A stretch of DNA of 64,000 nucleotides from Eledone cirrhosa (taxonomy: Eukaryota). The DNA is taken from positions 35,464,001 through 35,528,000 of the forward strand of contig OZ024743.1 of NCBI GenBank assembly GCA_964016885.1, written 5' to 3'. The notes under the pieces were generated by a model, which ran no database searches, was not told where the DNA came from, and was given only the letters and a program-made list of their open reading frames with translations. Each line of letters opens with the position of its first letter. Within the stretch, counting starts at the first letter, position 1. The position numbers and the translations under genes were made by a program. Shown piece by piece: positions 14,110 to 28,192 of the stretch.

Positions 14110-14157
<48 letters not shown>

Positions 14158-14551
14158 ATACTTGAGGAGGGTCATATTGTTGTAATAATATTCCCAGAAT
14201 TAATAACAGAACACACTCACTGTTTGGTTGGTTTTCGCTTCTGTATCTTTTATATCAGTTAATTTATTCGGTCCTCAATGTTTACCATTGACTGACCAAC
14301 GGTCAAAAATACAGATATAATATAGACATAAACACATATATATAGTCTAACAAACTTCTTTCGTTGGTCAGTCAATGATAAATATTGAGGACCGAATAAA
14401 TTAACTGATATAAAAGATACAGAATCGAAAACCAACCAAACAGTGAGTGTGCTCTGTTATTAATTCTGGCAATATTATTACAACAATATGACTCTCCCCA
14501 AGTATAACAATATTTGTCTCGACACATGATTTCATATCAAAAACCTCGCAA

Positions 14552-14588
<37 letters not shown>

Positions 14589-15739
14589 TAATAAAAATAA
14601 TGAATAAAAACAAAGAAACAGTTCCTTATATTAAAGAATTCATCATTTTGCGATCGTTTCTAGGATATATATGTGTGTGTTGGTATGTATATCATATAGA
14701 TCTATGTAAAAATTTTACAAACTATCAGAGGGAATATACATACCTACACATATATATGCTGTCTTCATATATATATATGTGTGTATATAAATATGTATAT
14801 ATAGATATATGTAGATATGTATCTATTAATATATATGTATATAATGTATGTATGATAAATAAATATTTTTCAAACATATATACATATATACATACATACA
14901 TACAACCATACATACATACATACATACATACATACATACATACATACATACATACATACATACATACTCACAAACACACAGGCCCAAAACTAATTATGTA
15001 TACAAGTTAAACCTTACGTATAATAAATGTAACATTTGTATATATTAGATCTAAATTCCAGAACCCTTTTGTGTATAAAATAACCGAGTGTTTTTACAGG
15101 TTTGTGTATATATTGAGTGGCATAACTCAGCGGGGCTATAATTTGACTTCTTTTGACTCCCAGCGTCCTTATATACATACCCCCCCCCACATATACACAT
15201 ATATATATATATATATGCATACACATATACATATGTACATATACATGCATGCATGCGCACACATATATGCAGACACGAACACACACACACATACACATAT
15301 ACATATATGTATATATATGTGTGTGTATAAAGAATCCAGTAGCTGTTAGACAGAGAGAAAAGAGTCTGTTTACGAGAATTCCCGAGATCTTGAACCAGGG
15401 CCCGTTAATTAGTGAATCTTTTGTGTTGAGTTACCCCTCTTAGATAAAATATTTTGGAGAAGCAGGCGAAAATATTTGCTGAGTGTAGTGTCTATAAATA
15501 TATGTGTGGTTAAGGTGTGGGTATTCGGCGTATAAGTAGGTTGATGTTGTCTATAGTATTAGTGAGTATTTTGTTTGTGTGTTTTGAGGTCGTATAGAAG
15601 GGGTTGATTTTTTGGCGAAGGTTTGGAGTTTCAGAAAAACTATAAAAATAGGTGAATTTATTAGTGCTAATTTTTACGAACTAGATATTCTATATATGTG
15701 CATTTTAAGTGCCGATTACATATGACATCAAGTGTTATC

Positions 15740-16300
15740 TCAGTATGGGTTGGACCTTCCAGTATGTAAGAAGAAACTTATGTGCATGAGGTCACTTGTT
15801 AAAATGTTTGTTCTGGTGTTAAAACAGTTATTGGAACTTTTTCTGTTTGTTACGTATGACCTCTTTGCTGTGCAGAGCCAACGTTTCTTTGTTCTATTGG
15901 AATAAGGTCTATACCGTTTGAAGATATTTTCATTTGATCTCATAAGGTGTGTTGCGTTTTTTTTTATTACCATATATAGTTGGCTAATTTTGTAGATTTA
16001 TGCTTGTCCATGTGTCTGAAGAAAGTTTCATGGCTAGAACATTTTTGCTTGAATGTTACCACAACCATCACAATGTAAATATTTTTCTCAGTTGGCTTCT
16101 CTAGTAAGGTTGAAGTAACTTCTGCGTCGTAAACGGCGAACACCGTGTTATGTGGTTGAGCAAGTTTAAACTTTCTTTAGGAACAGCTCGGAACGTTATA
16201 TTTTATTGGCTTGCTTATGATATATGCCTTCGTAGCCGACTATCACACATCGTCTATTAAATACCTTTCTATACCTAAGACTGATAGGAAAGTGTTAATC
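15740..16300 (-). pseudogene. Decayed PLE GIY-YIG relic
   Basis: The minus strand reads VYDAEVT...KNIYI...FKQK.SSHETFF...KSTKLANYIW and RYRPYSNRTKKRWLCTA...NCFNTRTNIL. Confidence 0.55.
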
Positions 16301-17485
16301 TGAAGACAAGGAATTTTTCTTGGCCTGTTCCTTGAGCGTGAAGGTTGTGCGTGGGATTAGAAAATCTCTTTCAAGTCGCTGTCAGTTAAGACATTATTAC
16401 ATTAGCGTAAAAATCTTTTTAGAGGAAGATAGATCCTCTTTTTCATTTAAGCAATAACATTTCTCAAAACTATAGATTAGTAGCAAGGATGTCTATCAAT
16501 GGATCTTAACTCCTCGTTAGGTTTATGAAAAGGTTTATATGTATTAGATTCTAGGTTCTATGCGATGTTTAATAAATCTACATTTGTAAAGTTGGTTACC
16601 ACAATAATTTTAACCCGAATTTTCTGAAGGTGGCTATGGGATTTTTTTCCAAAGATATCCAAAGTGTTGTCATATTCATGGCGTGATAGCACTAAAGCAT
16701 AATTTCGGTATAAACCACTGCTGACTTCTGGGACGGTATATACAGGAGGATCAAATCATATATGTCTGAAATATGATCCCATGTTAACAGGAAACGTGGG
16801 TTTCAATTCTTTGTTTTTACCAGACTGATTCTTAACTGAAGAGAAAGATTTCACGTCTGTGTAAATATACTTCAGCTACATTCTTTTATTCTTTTACTGA
16901 TTTCAACATTCAGGCTGCAGCCATGCTGGAGCCTACATATTGGGAAGCTAATTCAATTGCTTTGCTTTGTAGGGATTTAGATATCGAAAAGTAGAAGTCC
17001 ACATCAGATTGGCATATATAGTGAAAATGTGTGTAGGGAGGTTGTTTATGAGATTTTCAGTTCTATATATAAAGGTTCAAGTGAAATGCTTTGTCTACTA
17101 AGATATATATATATAGAGACAAGGTGTTTACATTTGTTTATACATAAAGTGCTGGCTAAAAAATTATAGATATATTCGGTAGTAGAGTACAGCATTGAAA
17201 CAAAACACTATTAACGTATCAGTCATTTATCCAGTGAACTAGTTGCCAAGAATGAGTTATACTCGCAAATCGGTCTATTCATTTCACTTAAGCTTTTAGT
17301 AATAAGTGGATTTATAAGTAGCATGTTTGTGGACAGTTAAAGAAGGTACTCAGTCACTAATGAAATTTCAACGCAGGATTGAAACTAATCCCGCTGATCC
17401 CTCTTTTTCTGTCCATGAAGACACTGTATATGCAGACAAGATGGTTAGAGCTATCTATTATGTAAAGTGTTTGGCTAAAAGTTCT

Positions 17486-17881
17486 GTAGTATAGTATAGT
17501 ATAGTATAGTATAGTATAGTATAGTATAGTATAGTATAGTATTGTTTTGTATAGTATAGTATAGTGTAGTATAGTATAGTATAGTATAGTATAATGTAGT
17601 GTAGTATAGTATGGTATAGTATAGTATAGTATAGTGTAGTGTAGTGTAGTGTAGTGTAGTGTAGTATAGTATAGTATAGTATAGTATAGTATAGTATAGT
17701 ATAGTATAGTATAATGTAGTGTAGTATAGTATAGTATAGTATGGTATAGTATAGTATAGTATAGTTTGGTATAGTATAGTGTAGTTTAGTATAGTATAGT
17801 ATAGTATAGTATAGTATAGTATAGTATAGTATAGTATAGTATAGTATAATGTAGTGTAGCTTGGTATGATATTGTATAGTA
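17486..17881. repeat. (TAGTA)n/(TAGTG)n pentanucleotide satellite
   Basis: Seen directly. It explains the YYTIL-repeat ORF. Confidence 0.95.
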
Positions 17882-18116
17882 TGGCATTGAAACAAAACTG
17901 TTAATGTACCATAATTAATATTGCGAGTTTTACGGTCAGCTCTGACATCAAAGTTTAGTCGGGGTAGCAGAGACAAGGAAAAGAGAAGCTGGTAATTTGA
18001 GTGGAATTCGGCGGGGCGGAGGTCATATACAAGCTTCTTGTTGAAAGAGCAATAAACCTTGTAGTAGAAGCAGAAAAGACAGAAGAAGAATACACAGCGT
18101 AGATATATCCTTGTAG

Positions 18117-18127
18117 CAGGGCCGGCG

Positions 18128-18160
<33 letters not shown>

Positions 18161-18400
18161 ACGCTGATTTCAGGGGGCGCATTTCTCCAAATCAACAATT
18201 TTGAAAAATAAATAAATAAATATATTTCAGTTTTATTGAGGGTCGTTTTTTTATCCTGGTTTATTTTATACCGGGACAAATAAATGTTGAAAAATTAAAA
18301 AAAACAACTTATTGCTTATAAATTTTGAAATTGATATTTTCCTTTGGGGGCACCAGAATCTAACCCTGCCTAGGATGCCAGATAGACTGGCACCGACCCC
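18117..18400. mobile_element. hAT-like MITE
   Basis: Ends CAGGGCCGGCGC / GCACCGACCCC with internal GCCTAGG motifs near both ends. The flanking 8-mers CCTTGTAG / TCGTGTAG match at 6 of 8 positions. Confidence 0.65.
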
Positions 18401-18714
18401 TCGTGTAGGTGAATGGGGATTTGTGAATCAGTTGTATGTGTTTATTTCAGATGTACAGTCTAAATTCTAGACTGTTAGACTCTAGAATATCTGGTTGTAG
18501 CAGTCTCAGATGTGTGAACAGTATTCTTGTGTGGATCGTAGAGTCAACAGTTGTTCAGGTTTAATACATTTTCTTATTCTGAAAAGTGAGTCTAATCATA
18601 TTATTTAAGTAATACTAGTATTACAAGATTAATCCCGTTTCAGTTCTCTAGGAATCTGGGCCCACACTTAAGAAGAAAACAAGAAAGTATATTTAGGTAG
18701 GAATTGGTGATAAG

Positions 18715-18908
18715 TAGGCCTGTCAAATTCTATAAACCTAAACGGGAGTACCATGAAAAAAGTGCCCCAAAACGGGGAGAAATGAGGCAAAATTGGGAGG
18801 TTTTTACATAATGAAAGTTGTACCCATTTTCACAAGAGAAGACATCTCTCATCCACCCCAAAGTGGGTGGGAGATCTCCCTGTTGGACGGGGAGAGTTGA
18901 CAGGTCTG
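18715..18908. mobile_element. Second copy of the 3988-4171 hAT MITE
   Basis: Shares GGGAGTACCATGAAAAA.GTGCCCCAAAACGGGGA and CCCAAAGTGGGTGGGAGATCTCCC, and ends in TTGACAGGTCTG. Confidence 0.8.
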
Positions 18909-19134
18909 GTTAAGTGAGAATTGTCGTGAAGTGAGAACGTGTGGGTGATTTGCTATAGAACTCTGTAATCCAATATCTACTGAACCTATTACTCCAGCTT
19001 ACAAATACCTAAATAAAAATAGTCAAATGTTAAGGACATTGATCTTGGTTTGTTATAGATATGTTCGCTATTTCCGCTGTAGTCTTTTTATTCTAATATA
19101 CATCCAATTTAATGCAATGGATGAGTGAAAATGG

Positions 19135-19270
19135 ACGATGGGAAATTGGCGCAGTTGTCAGAGCTTAGGATTAATGTCTTGTTGAAGTATTCGCTCGAAC
19201 TCTCTGCGCTCTAAGTTCAAATCCTGCCTAAGTCGTATTTGCCTTTCATCCTTTTGAAGTTTTTAAAATA
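19135..19270 (+). mobile_element. Diverged SINE copy
   Basis: CTCTGCGCTCTAAGTTCAAATCCTGCC...TTTGCCTTTCATCCTTT. Confidence 0.6.
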
Positions 19271-19363
19271 AAGAAGCAGCCCATGATTGTAGATTGGTAA
19301 AATTGTTTGAGTGTTGGACGAGATACGATAAGGCATTTGGTCTCTAATTCAAATCTGTGTATG

Positions 19364-19399
<36 letters not shown>

Positions 19400-19695
19400 T
19401 AAATCCACCAATTAATGGTAGAGTCCAAGCCGTATGAAGAACTCAATGTAATCCGTATGTAGATGTCGTGAAGTAAAGTTTAAAATACAAAATTTCAACG
19501 ATATAATTCATTGGAAGCAGAGTCATAATAATACAAATAGTGAAAACAATGAAATTAAACAAAATACGGGTAATTCATAGTAAAACTCATTATTTTATTT
19601 TATTTTAAAACTCATTATTTTAGAAACGATCGTAAAATATGAGTTTTACTATGAATTACCCATATTTTGTTTAATTTCATTGTTTTCACTATTTG

Positions 19696-19768
<73 letters not shown>

Positions 19769-19884
19769 AAGTTGCACATGGAAATAAACAAATACGTGGG
19801 ACGAATGAGCAAAACCATCTATCTTTTCCAATTCTCATCAACCAATACCCGGCCAATGCAATTTCGTGTATATATACCCACACG

Positions 19885-19980
<96 letters not shown>

Positions 19981-20067
19981 CACGCTTAGTATTGTCGGTC
20001 ACGAGAACGAGAACCCAGTACCACAATAAAGGTTAATATATTCGTTATTAAGGTCAATCTTGTTACT

Positions 20068-20429
<362 letters not shown>

Positions 20430-20831
20430 CACTAGATTCGAAGCCCACAATATGTATGTATATATATATATATATACACACACATATTGTGGGCTTCGAA
20501 TCTAGTGATCGATATTACAACATGTCGAGGGAGAAAACTATTAGTTGGAAATACACATAACACTTGCAATCCTTGTCTACCTCGAAATAGAAGATATTCT
20601 AATTAAAATATGATTTAATAACATATGTTCTGCAAACCTTTTGTCACCATATTCCCCTCCGTCTCCGACCATTACGACTCCCTCCCATGATGTATCTCTA
20701 CTAATATTACAGTCTTCCTTCTCAAAGTGACCTCGTGCAATGACAATTTTAATGCACCCTACCTACCCTGATATATCCCAGTGGCGTCAGAGCAGTCCTA
20801 TTTATGAAAGGGACAGGGAAAGCGAGAGAGA

Positions 20832-20874
<43 letters not shown>

Positions 20875-20949
20875 AGAGAGAAAGAAAGGAAAAGAAAGAA
20901 AGGGAAGAGAAAGGGAACAGCGAGAGAAAAAAAGGGGAATGAAGGCTGA

Positions 20950-21895
20950 GAGCGGAGAGAGAGGTGTAGAGAGAAGGAGAGAGAGAGAGGTGTAGAGAGA
21001 AGGAGAGAGAGGTGTAGAGAGAGTGAGAGAGGGGTGTAGAGAGAGTGAGAGAGAGGTGTAGAGAGAAGGAAAGAGAGGTGTAGAGAGAGTGAGAGTGGTG
21101 TAGAGAGAAGGAGAGAGAGGTGTAGAGAGAGTGAGAGAAGTGTAGAGAGGAGAGAGAGATGTAGAGAGAGTGAGAGTGGTGTAGAGAGAAGGAGAGAGAG
21201 GTGTAGAGAGAGTGAGAGAGGTGTAGAGAGAAGGAGAGAGAGGTGTAAAGAGAGTGAGAGAGAGGTGTAGAGAGAAGGAAAGAGAGGTGTAGAGAGAGTG
21301 AGAGTGGTGTAGAGAGGAGAGAGAGGTGTAGAGAGAGAGAGAGAGGTGTAGAGAGAAGGAGAGAGAGGTGTAGAGAGAGTGAGAGTGGTGTAGAGAGAAG
21401 GAGAGAGAGGTGTAGAGAGAGTGAGAGAGGTGTAGAGAGGAAAGAGAGGTGTAGAGAGAGTGAGAGAGGTGTAGAGAGAAGGAGAGAGAGGTGTAGAGAG
21501 AGTGAGAGTGGTGTAGAGAGAAGGAGAGAGAGGTGTAGAGAGAGTGAGAGAGAGGTGTAGAGAGAAGGAAAGAGAGGTGTAGAGAGAAGAAGAGAGAGGT
21601 GTAGAGAGAGTGAGAGAGGTGTAGAGAGAAGGAGAGAGAGGTGTAGAGAGAGTGAGAGTGGTGTAGAGAGAAGGAGAGAGAGGTGTAGAGAGAGTGAGAG
21701 AGGTGTAGAGAGAAGGAGAGTGAGGTGTAGAGAGAGTGAGAGAGGTGTAGAGAGAAGGAGAGAGAGGTGTAGAGAGAGTGAGAGTGGTGTAGAGAGAAGG
21801 AGAGAGAGGTGTAGAGAGAGTGAGAGAGGTGTAGAGAGAAGGAGAGAGAGGTGTAGAGAGAGTGAGAGAGGTGTAGAGAGAAGGAGAGAGAGAGA
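20950..21895. repeat. GA-rich minisatellite of alternating 18/20-bp units (GAGAGGTGTAGAGAGAGT / GAGAGGTGTAGAGAGAAGGA)
   Basis: GGTGTAGAGAGA recurs throughout. It explains the 369-aa LSTPLSPSLYT ORF. Confidence 0.92.
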
Positions 21896-22579
21896 AAGAA
21901 AGTTTGCGCATTTGAAAGACGTAGAGGTGTATAGAGAAAAAGGTAGAACGAGATAGAATGAAGGTGAGAGAGGGAGATATAAGAAATGGAAGAAGTTTAG
22001 AGAGAGAAAGAGAGAGTGGAGGGGATGAAAGGGGGGAAAGGGAGAGAGAGGGAGAGAGAGAGGGGGAAGAGAGAGAGAGGGAAGTCTAGAGAGAGAGAGG
22101 GAGAGAGAGAGAGGGGAAGAGAGAGAGAACGAGAGCGGAGGTGATGGAGGGGGAGAGAAGTAGAGTAAGGGAGAGAGAGAGATAAAGAACAGAGGAGCAA
22201 TGAGATGTGGGTAGATGAAAGAGCAAAAGGGATTAGAAAAGGGAGAAGAGGGAGGAGAAATGAGAATGAGGAGAGAATAAGAGTGAGAGGGAAGAGGTAT
22301 AGATTCAAGAGAGATTCAAGAGAGAGAGAGAGAGAGAAAGGAGAGGGGAAAGAGAGAGCGAGAGAAAGGAGTGGGGGAAAGAATATGTTGAAAGAGTGAA
22401 TGAGGTGAAGTGCTATAAATGAGCAAAAGCTGTTGAAGTAGTTGTTTGTGCTATCGACAATGGATGAAGCCCCTCACAACAGCAATAAGTTAACAATTGG
22501 TCCTTAACTTGTAATGTTAGGCCAACTTAAGGAGGCGGTCAAGCGACACGAAACAGCTGCCTTGGAGGGAGGAGAGGGC

Positions 22580-22792
22580 AAATACAACAACAATATGAAC
22601 AACAACAACTCATATAAACTGTAATGATAACAATGATAGCGAGAGTCGTAGTAGCAACAATACGATAACAATAACAACAATAACAATACAATAACAACAA
22701 CAACAATAACAACAACAATAATAACAATAACAACAACACTAATAACAATAACAACAATGATAGCGAGAGTCGTAATAGCAACAATACAACAA

Positions 22793-22830
<38 letters not shown>

Positions 22831-22922
22831 CCAACAATAACAACAACAACAACAATAACAACAATAACAATAACAAGAACACTAATAACAATAACAACAA
22901 TGATAGCAAGAGTCGTAGTAGC

Positions 22923-22953
<31 letters not shown>

Positions 22954-22954
22954 T

Positions 22955-23019
<65 letters not shown>

Positions 23020-23509
23020 ATAGCAAGAGTCGCAGTAGCAACAATACAACAATAATAACAATAACAACAACAACAACAACAACACTTTATCAAGAGTTAC
23101 AAGAACAACAACAACAACAACATATGCAATAACAACAACAACAACAATAAGAATTACAAACAACAATAACAACAACATTAATAACATTTCTACTGTAGGC
23201 ACATGGCCAGACATTTGAAGAGGGAGGGGGGAGTCGATTAAATCGACCCAGTGCATCACTGGTACTTTATTTTATTGACTTCGTAAGGATGAAAGGCAAA
23301 GCTAACCGTGGCGGGAATTGAACTCAGAACGTAAAGGGCCATAACTCTATGCTGAAAAGTAGGGTGTCCGGCGCTCTACCGTTACTGCCAATCCAAACAA
23401 CAACAAAAAAATAATAACAACAACAACAGAAGCAGCAACAAGAATTACAACAGCAATGATAACAACAACAACAACAACAACGGCAATGACAATAGCTTCA
23501 ACAAGAATT

Positions 23510-23541
<32 letters not shown>

Positions 23542-23680
23542 AATGACAACAACAACAATAACAATAGCTACGACAAGAATTACAACAACACGATAACTTG
23601 AACAACAAAACTTAAAACAGTAGCAGACGAGGACAACAATGACAACGACGACGACCACGATAACAACAACAATAACAAGA
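22580..23680. repeat. (AAC/AAT)n field interrupted by a SINE
   Basis: Seen directly. A minus-strand SINE lies at ~23185-23395. Confidence 0.9.
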
Positions 23681-23935
23681 GAACTGTCGCCATCACTGCT
23701 ACCATCACCATTTTTATCACTACCACCATTCTCACTCTCATAACAATATGACAATGAACGAAAATGGCCATTTTCACTTTATAAGCCAATTCGTTTAGTA
23801 CAATGTCTTGTGTGTCAATGTCTGGCTGGTTGATCTGACGAATTGGAAAAAGAAGCTAGCAGTAACTGTGCTCAAATGAACTTTTTACGACCTGAAGATT
23901 AAATTTATTTATCTACATACTACAGTATCAAGTCA

Positions 23936-24659
23936 TCGAGACAAGCTCTACAGACATTGGCGCCCGGGTAGGGACCCTGCAAAAAAGATCTGTCCGAGGT
24001 GCGTGCGAGACGAAGAAACCGTCGCGCACGCATTCATACACTGCCCGGGCGTCACCGACCTGTGGGGCTATGTGGAACGACTATTGTCGCGGGTGGGACC
24101 AATCCAGTTGACCACCGAGTCCATTGTCATGATCAAACCGCCACCCTCCTTCAAAAACGAAGGAGAGGCGGTTTTCCTTTATGTGATAGCTATGGCGAAA
24201 GAGGTTGTATGGTGGACAAGGTTGAAAGGGCTGAGGTCAGACACCTTTCTCTCCGGCCAACAACTGATTCTTTTTTTCAAATGCCACTTTGGAAGAAGAA
24301 TCAGGATGGAGAGAGAGGTGCTGTACCCCAGCAAGTTTTATGAAAGGTGGGTGAAAGTGGCGAGAATGGCCCGAGTGAATGGGCCTTCTCTCTATATCAG
24401 CCTGTAGGTTGAGGAAAAAAAGGAGGAGAGGAAAGGAGTACAAACTCTTCGTACTCCTGGAGATGAGGGTTTCACATTTTTTCGGGGGTATGTGTTACCC
24501 ATATGAACTGTCTCCCCTATTGGGGAAAATCGACTAATTTTTTAAATTGCATTTGTGATAATATTTTACACGTTTTTATTGTATGTAAACTTCCCCCTTT
24601 GTATTTCTCCCCTTCTTTTGTGCCCCTGTGGCTAATAAAGAAACATATCTATCTATCTA
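23936..24659 (+). mobile_element. 5'-truncated Tx1/L1-type LINE 3' end
   Basis: ORF 24003..24407 carries CPRCVRDEETVAHAFIHCP (C-terminal Zn finger). The 3'UTR is nearly identical to 43252-43499 and ends AATAAAGAAAC(ATCT)n. Confidence 0.9.
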
Positions 24660-24674
24660 ATTATATATATATAT

Positions 24675-24857
24675 AATTGTTTCTACTTTTGGCACAAGGC
24701 CAGCAATTACCCAGTGTATTATTGGTACTTTATTTTATCGACCCCGTAAGGATGAAAGGCAAAGTTAACCTCGGCGGGATTTGAACTCAGATCATAAAGC
24801 GACGTTACTCTATGCTTCAAAGCATGGTGTCAGACTCTCTACCGATACTGCCAATCC
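24675..24857 (-). mobile_element. SINE copy
   Basis: GGCACAAGGCC...GGATGAAAGGCAAAGTTAACCTCGGCGGGATTTGAACTCAG...CTCTACCGATACTGCCAATCC. A similar copy lies at 26118-26300. Confidence 0.85.
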
Positions 24858-24873
24858 ATATATATAATGTTTC

Positions 24874-25500
24874 TTCGTACACTGCCCGGGCGTTACCGAC
24901 CTGTGGAGCTACGCAGAACGACTACTGTCGCGAGTGGGACAAATCCTGTTGACCACCGAGTCCATTATTGCGATCAAACCGCCACCTTCCTTAAAACCGA
25001 AGGAGAGGCGGTTTTCCTCTGTATAATGGCTATGGTGAAAGAGGCTATATGGTGGACGAGACTGAAAGGGCTGAGGTCAGACACCTTTCTCTCCGGCGAA
25101 CAACTGGTTCGCTTCTTCAAATATCATTTTAGAAGAAGAATCAGAGTGGAGAGAGAGGTGCTGCACCCCAGCAAATTTTACGAAAGGTGGGTGAATGTGG
25201 AAACGATGGCGGCCCGAGTGGTTGGGCCTTCTCTTTATATAAGCCTGTAGGTCGAGGAAGAAGAGGAAAAGAGGAGAGGATTGCTCGCTCTTCGTGCTCC
25301 TGTAGATGAGGGTTGTACATTTTTTTCGGTGTGTGTGCAACCCATTTATAACGCCTCCCCCCTATTGGGGATTTCGTTTGTTTTATTCATCATTTTTGTT
25401 ATACATTTTTACACGCCTTGTATGTAAACTCCCCAATTGTATTTGTCCCCATCTTTTGCGCCCTTGTGGCAAATAAAGAAATCTATCTATCTATCTTTCT
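24874..25500 (+). mobile_element. Diverged subfamily of the same Tx1-type LINE, 3' end
   Basis: ORF 24867..25250 ends GEAVFLCIMAMVKEAIWWTRLKGLRSDTF...GPSLYISL, followed by an (ATCT)n tail. It is flanked by a direct repeat ATATATATAATGTTTCTTC (24858-24876, 25505-25523). Confidence 0.85.
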
Positions 25501-25522
25501 AATTATATATATAATGTTTCTT

Positions 25523-25621
<99 letters not shown>

Positions 25622-25785
25622 AGATCAAAAGATGGTTAAATGAGTTCCATGTATTTTATTATGCGCATTTCAAAAACAAATATCATCATGCAATAACATT
25701 TGTGTTTTCATCAGATAAAATAGGAGGACATGATATGAAGGTTAAAAACACTTGTGGATAGTGCAGTTTTAAACTCACCTCCTAC

Positions 25786-25818
<33 letters not shown>

Positions 25819-26462
25819 TATAAATGTATGTGTGTGTGTAGAAAATGTCCGTATGTGTGGAAAAAGAATAACAGTGCTCAATCGGGAAGATAGCTAATAT
25901 ATTATATCTATTTATATTCATAGACAGAACAAAAGCTACCTAAGGTTTCAAGACCCAATATTTCCTTGTTATTATACGTTTTTCGTAAACTATCGTTTTA
26001 GTACGTTATACTTTAAAGGGTATCTTCAAAACTCGTCTAAGACCCAATATTGACCATATCTAGAGATATGATCGTGAAACTTTAGGTAGCGCCTTTTTTA
26101 TGCATGAACATAAATGAATAATTGTTTCTACGTTTGGCACAAGGCCGGCAATTACCCAGTGCATTACTGGTACTTTATTTTATCGACCCCGTACGGATGA
26201 AAGGCAAAGTTAACCTCGGCAGAATTTGAACTCAGAATGGCAAGGGCCGTAACTCCATACGTCAAAGCATGGCGTCCTACTCTCTACCGATACTGCCAAC
26301 ATGAATATATGTATAGTATATTTGGCAATATACCGTATGTTTAATTAGAAGACCATACGTTATCAGTTTTAAAGTAGTGACTATGTCACTTACTTCTTTT
26401 CGGCAAAAGAAGGGAGAGCAGCTGACAGTCTTTCATGGTGGTTGGCTCTGATGAATAAATAC

Positions 26463-26498
<36 letters not shown>

Positions 26499-26939
26499 CG
26501 TTTCTGAATTTGTTTAGCAAGATTCTTTATCTGAAATCGTGTGTTGAAACCGATATTGTTATACTTTGGGAGGGTCATGTTGCCAATAAGAAACACACGC
26601 ACCAGTTGCTTTCACTTCAATTTAATTTAATATATATTTATAAATTTACAAATTTATAAATTTCTGGTTGGTTGGTTGGTTCCACAACCAGATAGTTGTT
26701 TATATATATATATAGTCATAGTTCTTTCGTCACACACTCTGTGACCTCTTCAGTGACTGGGGATTTCTTTCTTCGTTTCTGTGCCTTTCCTTTCTTCTAT
26801 CCTACGCCATTTTGTTTGTGTGTGGGTTGCGTGCTCAGTTTGCGCATGCGCCACATCCGGGTGTCTGTGTGTGTTTGTGTTCATTTTTCTATTTTTCTAT
26901 TTATATTTGTTTGTTTATTTATTTATTTATTGTTGGTTG

Positions 26940-28191
26940 ATTAGTTGTCTGTCAGAAATAGAAAAATCATTTACAAAACTACGCTGGAGCCTCAAAAACA
27001 AAAACAAAAACAAAAGCAACAATATACGCACACACATATACAACACACATCCCAACAACAACAGACACACAGACACAAACAACAATAACAACAACAATAG
27101 CAACATACCCAGATACAACACCAACAATAGCAACATACCCAGATACAACAGACACGCAGACACAAACAACAATAACAACACACACGGAGACAACAATAAC
27201 AACAACACACACATCAACAACAACAACAACAGCAACATACCCAGATACAACAACAACAGACACGCAAACACAAACAACAATAACAACACACACAACAACG
27301 ATAACACACACACACACGGAGACAACAACACACATCAACAACAACACACATCAACAACAACACACATCAACAACAACAACACACACACATTCAATGCCTC
27401 TCACCACCACCACAATCTTAACAAACACACAGACACAGAAAACAAGTAATGACAGTAGCACAGAAATCAGAGAAATAAGAGAAAGTAATAGGATTAAAAG
27501 GAGAAGGGAGACTAAGGACAAAGAGAATAACCAAGACGAACACACAGACACACAAAATAGGGTAGATAACAACATTGAGCCAGTGGAAAGAGACAGGAGT
27601 AATTATGAGAGACATAGAAACAACCATGAAGCTGAGGCTGCTGCTGTTGGTGGAAATAGAAACAACACAACTAACAATAGCACTAGTACACATAAAGCAG
27701 CAGCCTGGAACTCTCCGTTTTATAACCCCTCCGATAAATCATTCGACCTACGACGAGTCCACGCCACGACTTTGCCATTTAACAAACGCACGCAGTTGCC
27801 GTCGCAGGTCGATGAACAAACAGAAGCACAATTTAGTATAGCTAAATCCGAACTTAGAAATATTATAGAACAGTATAGCAAGAAGCATAATAGAATAGAG
27901 GCCCAGCAACTGGGAGAAGAATCTGCAAATGGCTTGCGTAAGCTCATGCAGCGCTCGCGTAATGGAGAGATAGCATGCTTTCCAACAGACAAGTCTGGCA
28001 GAATGTCGGTTGACAGCCTGCCAAACTACATCCAGGCAATGCAACCCCACATCACTAACACAAGAGAGGTAACACCACAGGAGCATGAGGATAGAGAAAA
28101 AACCCTCAATGCCCATATGGTGATGTGGACAAATATAATGCAGCCCAACAAACAAAAGGACTGCCAACAACTTCCAGGCCTGGAACAATGA
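26940..28191 (+). pseudogene. PLE ORF N-terminal part (frameshifted)
   Basis: EIEKSFTKLRW, then an Asn/Thr/His low-complexity tract with a frame change, then FYNPSDKSFDLRRVHATTLPFNKRTQLP and FPTDKSGRM (DKG-type motif). Removing a 4-bp AAAC duplication at ~28149-28154 restores QPNKRTANNFQAWNNDVPALYGLRKDHK. Confidence 0.85.
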
Positions 28192-28192
28192 C

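Noticed and set aside
22632-23050. CRISPR-like repeat-spacer pattern
   Set aside because: The 'spacers' are AAC/AAT microsatellite runs, not unique sequences.
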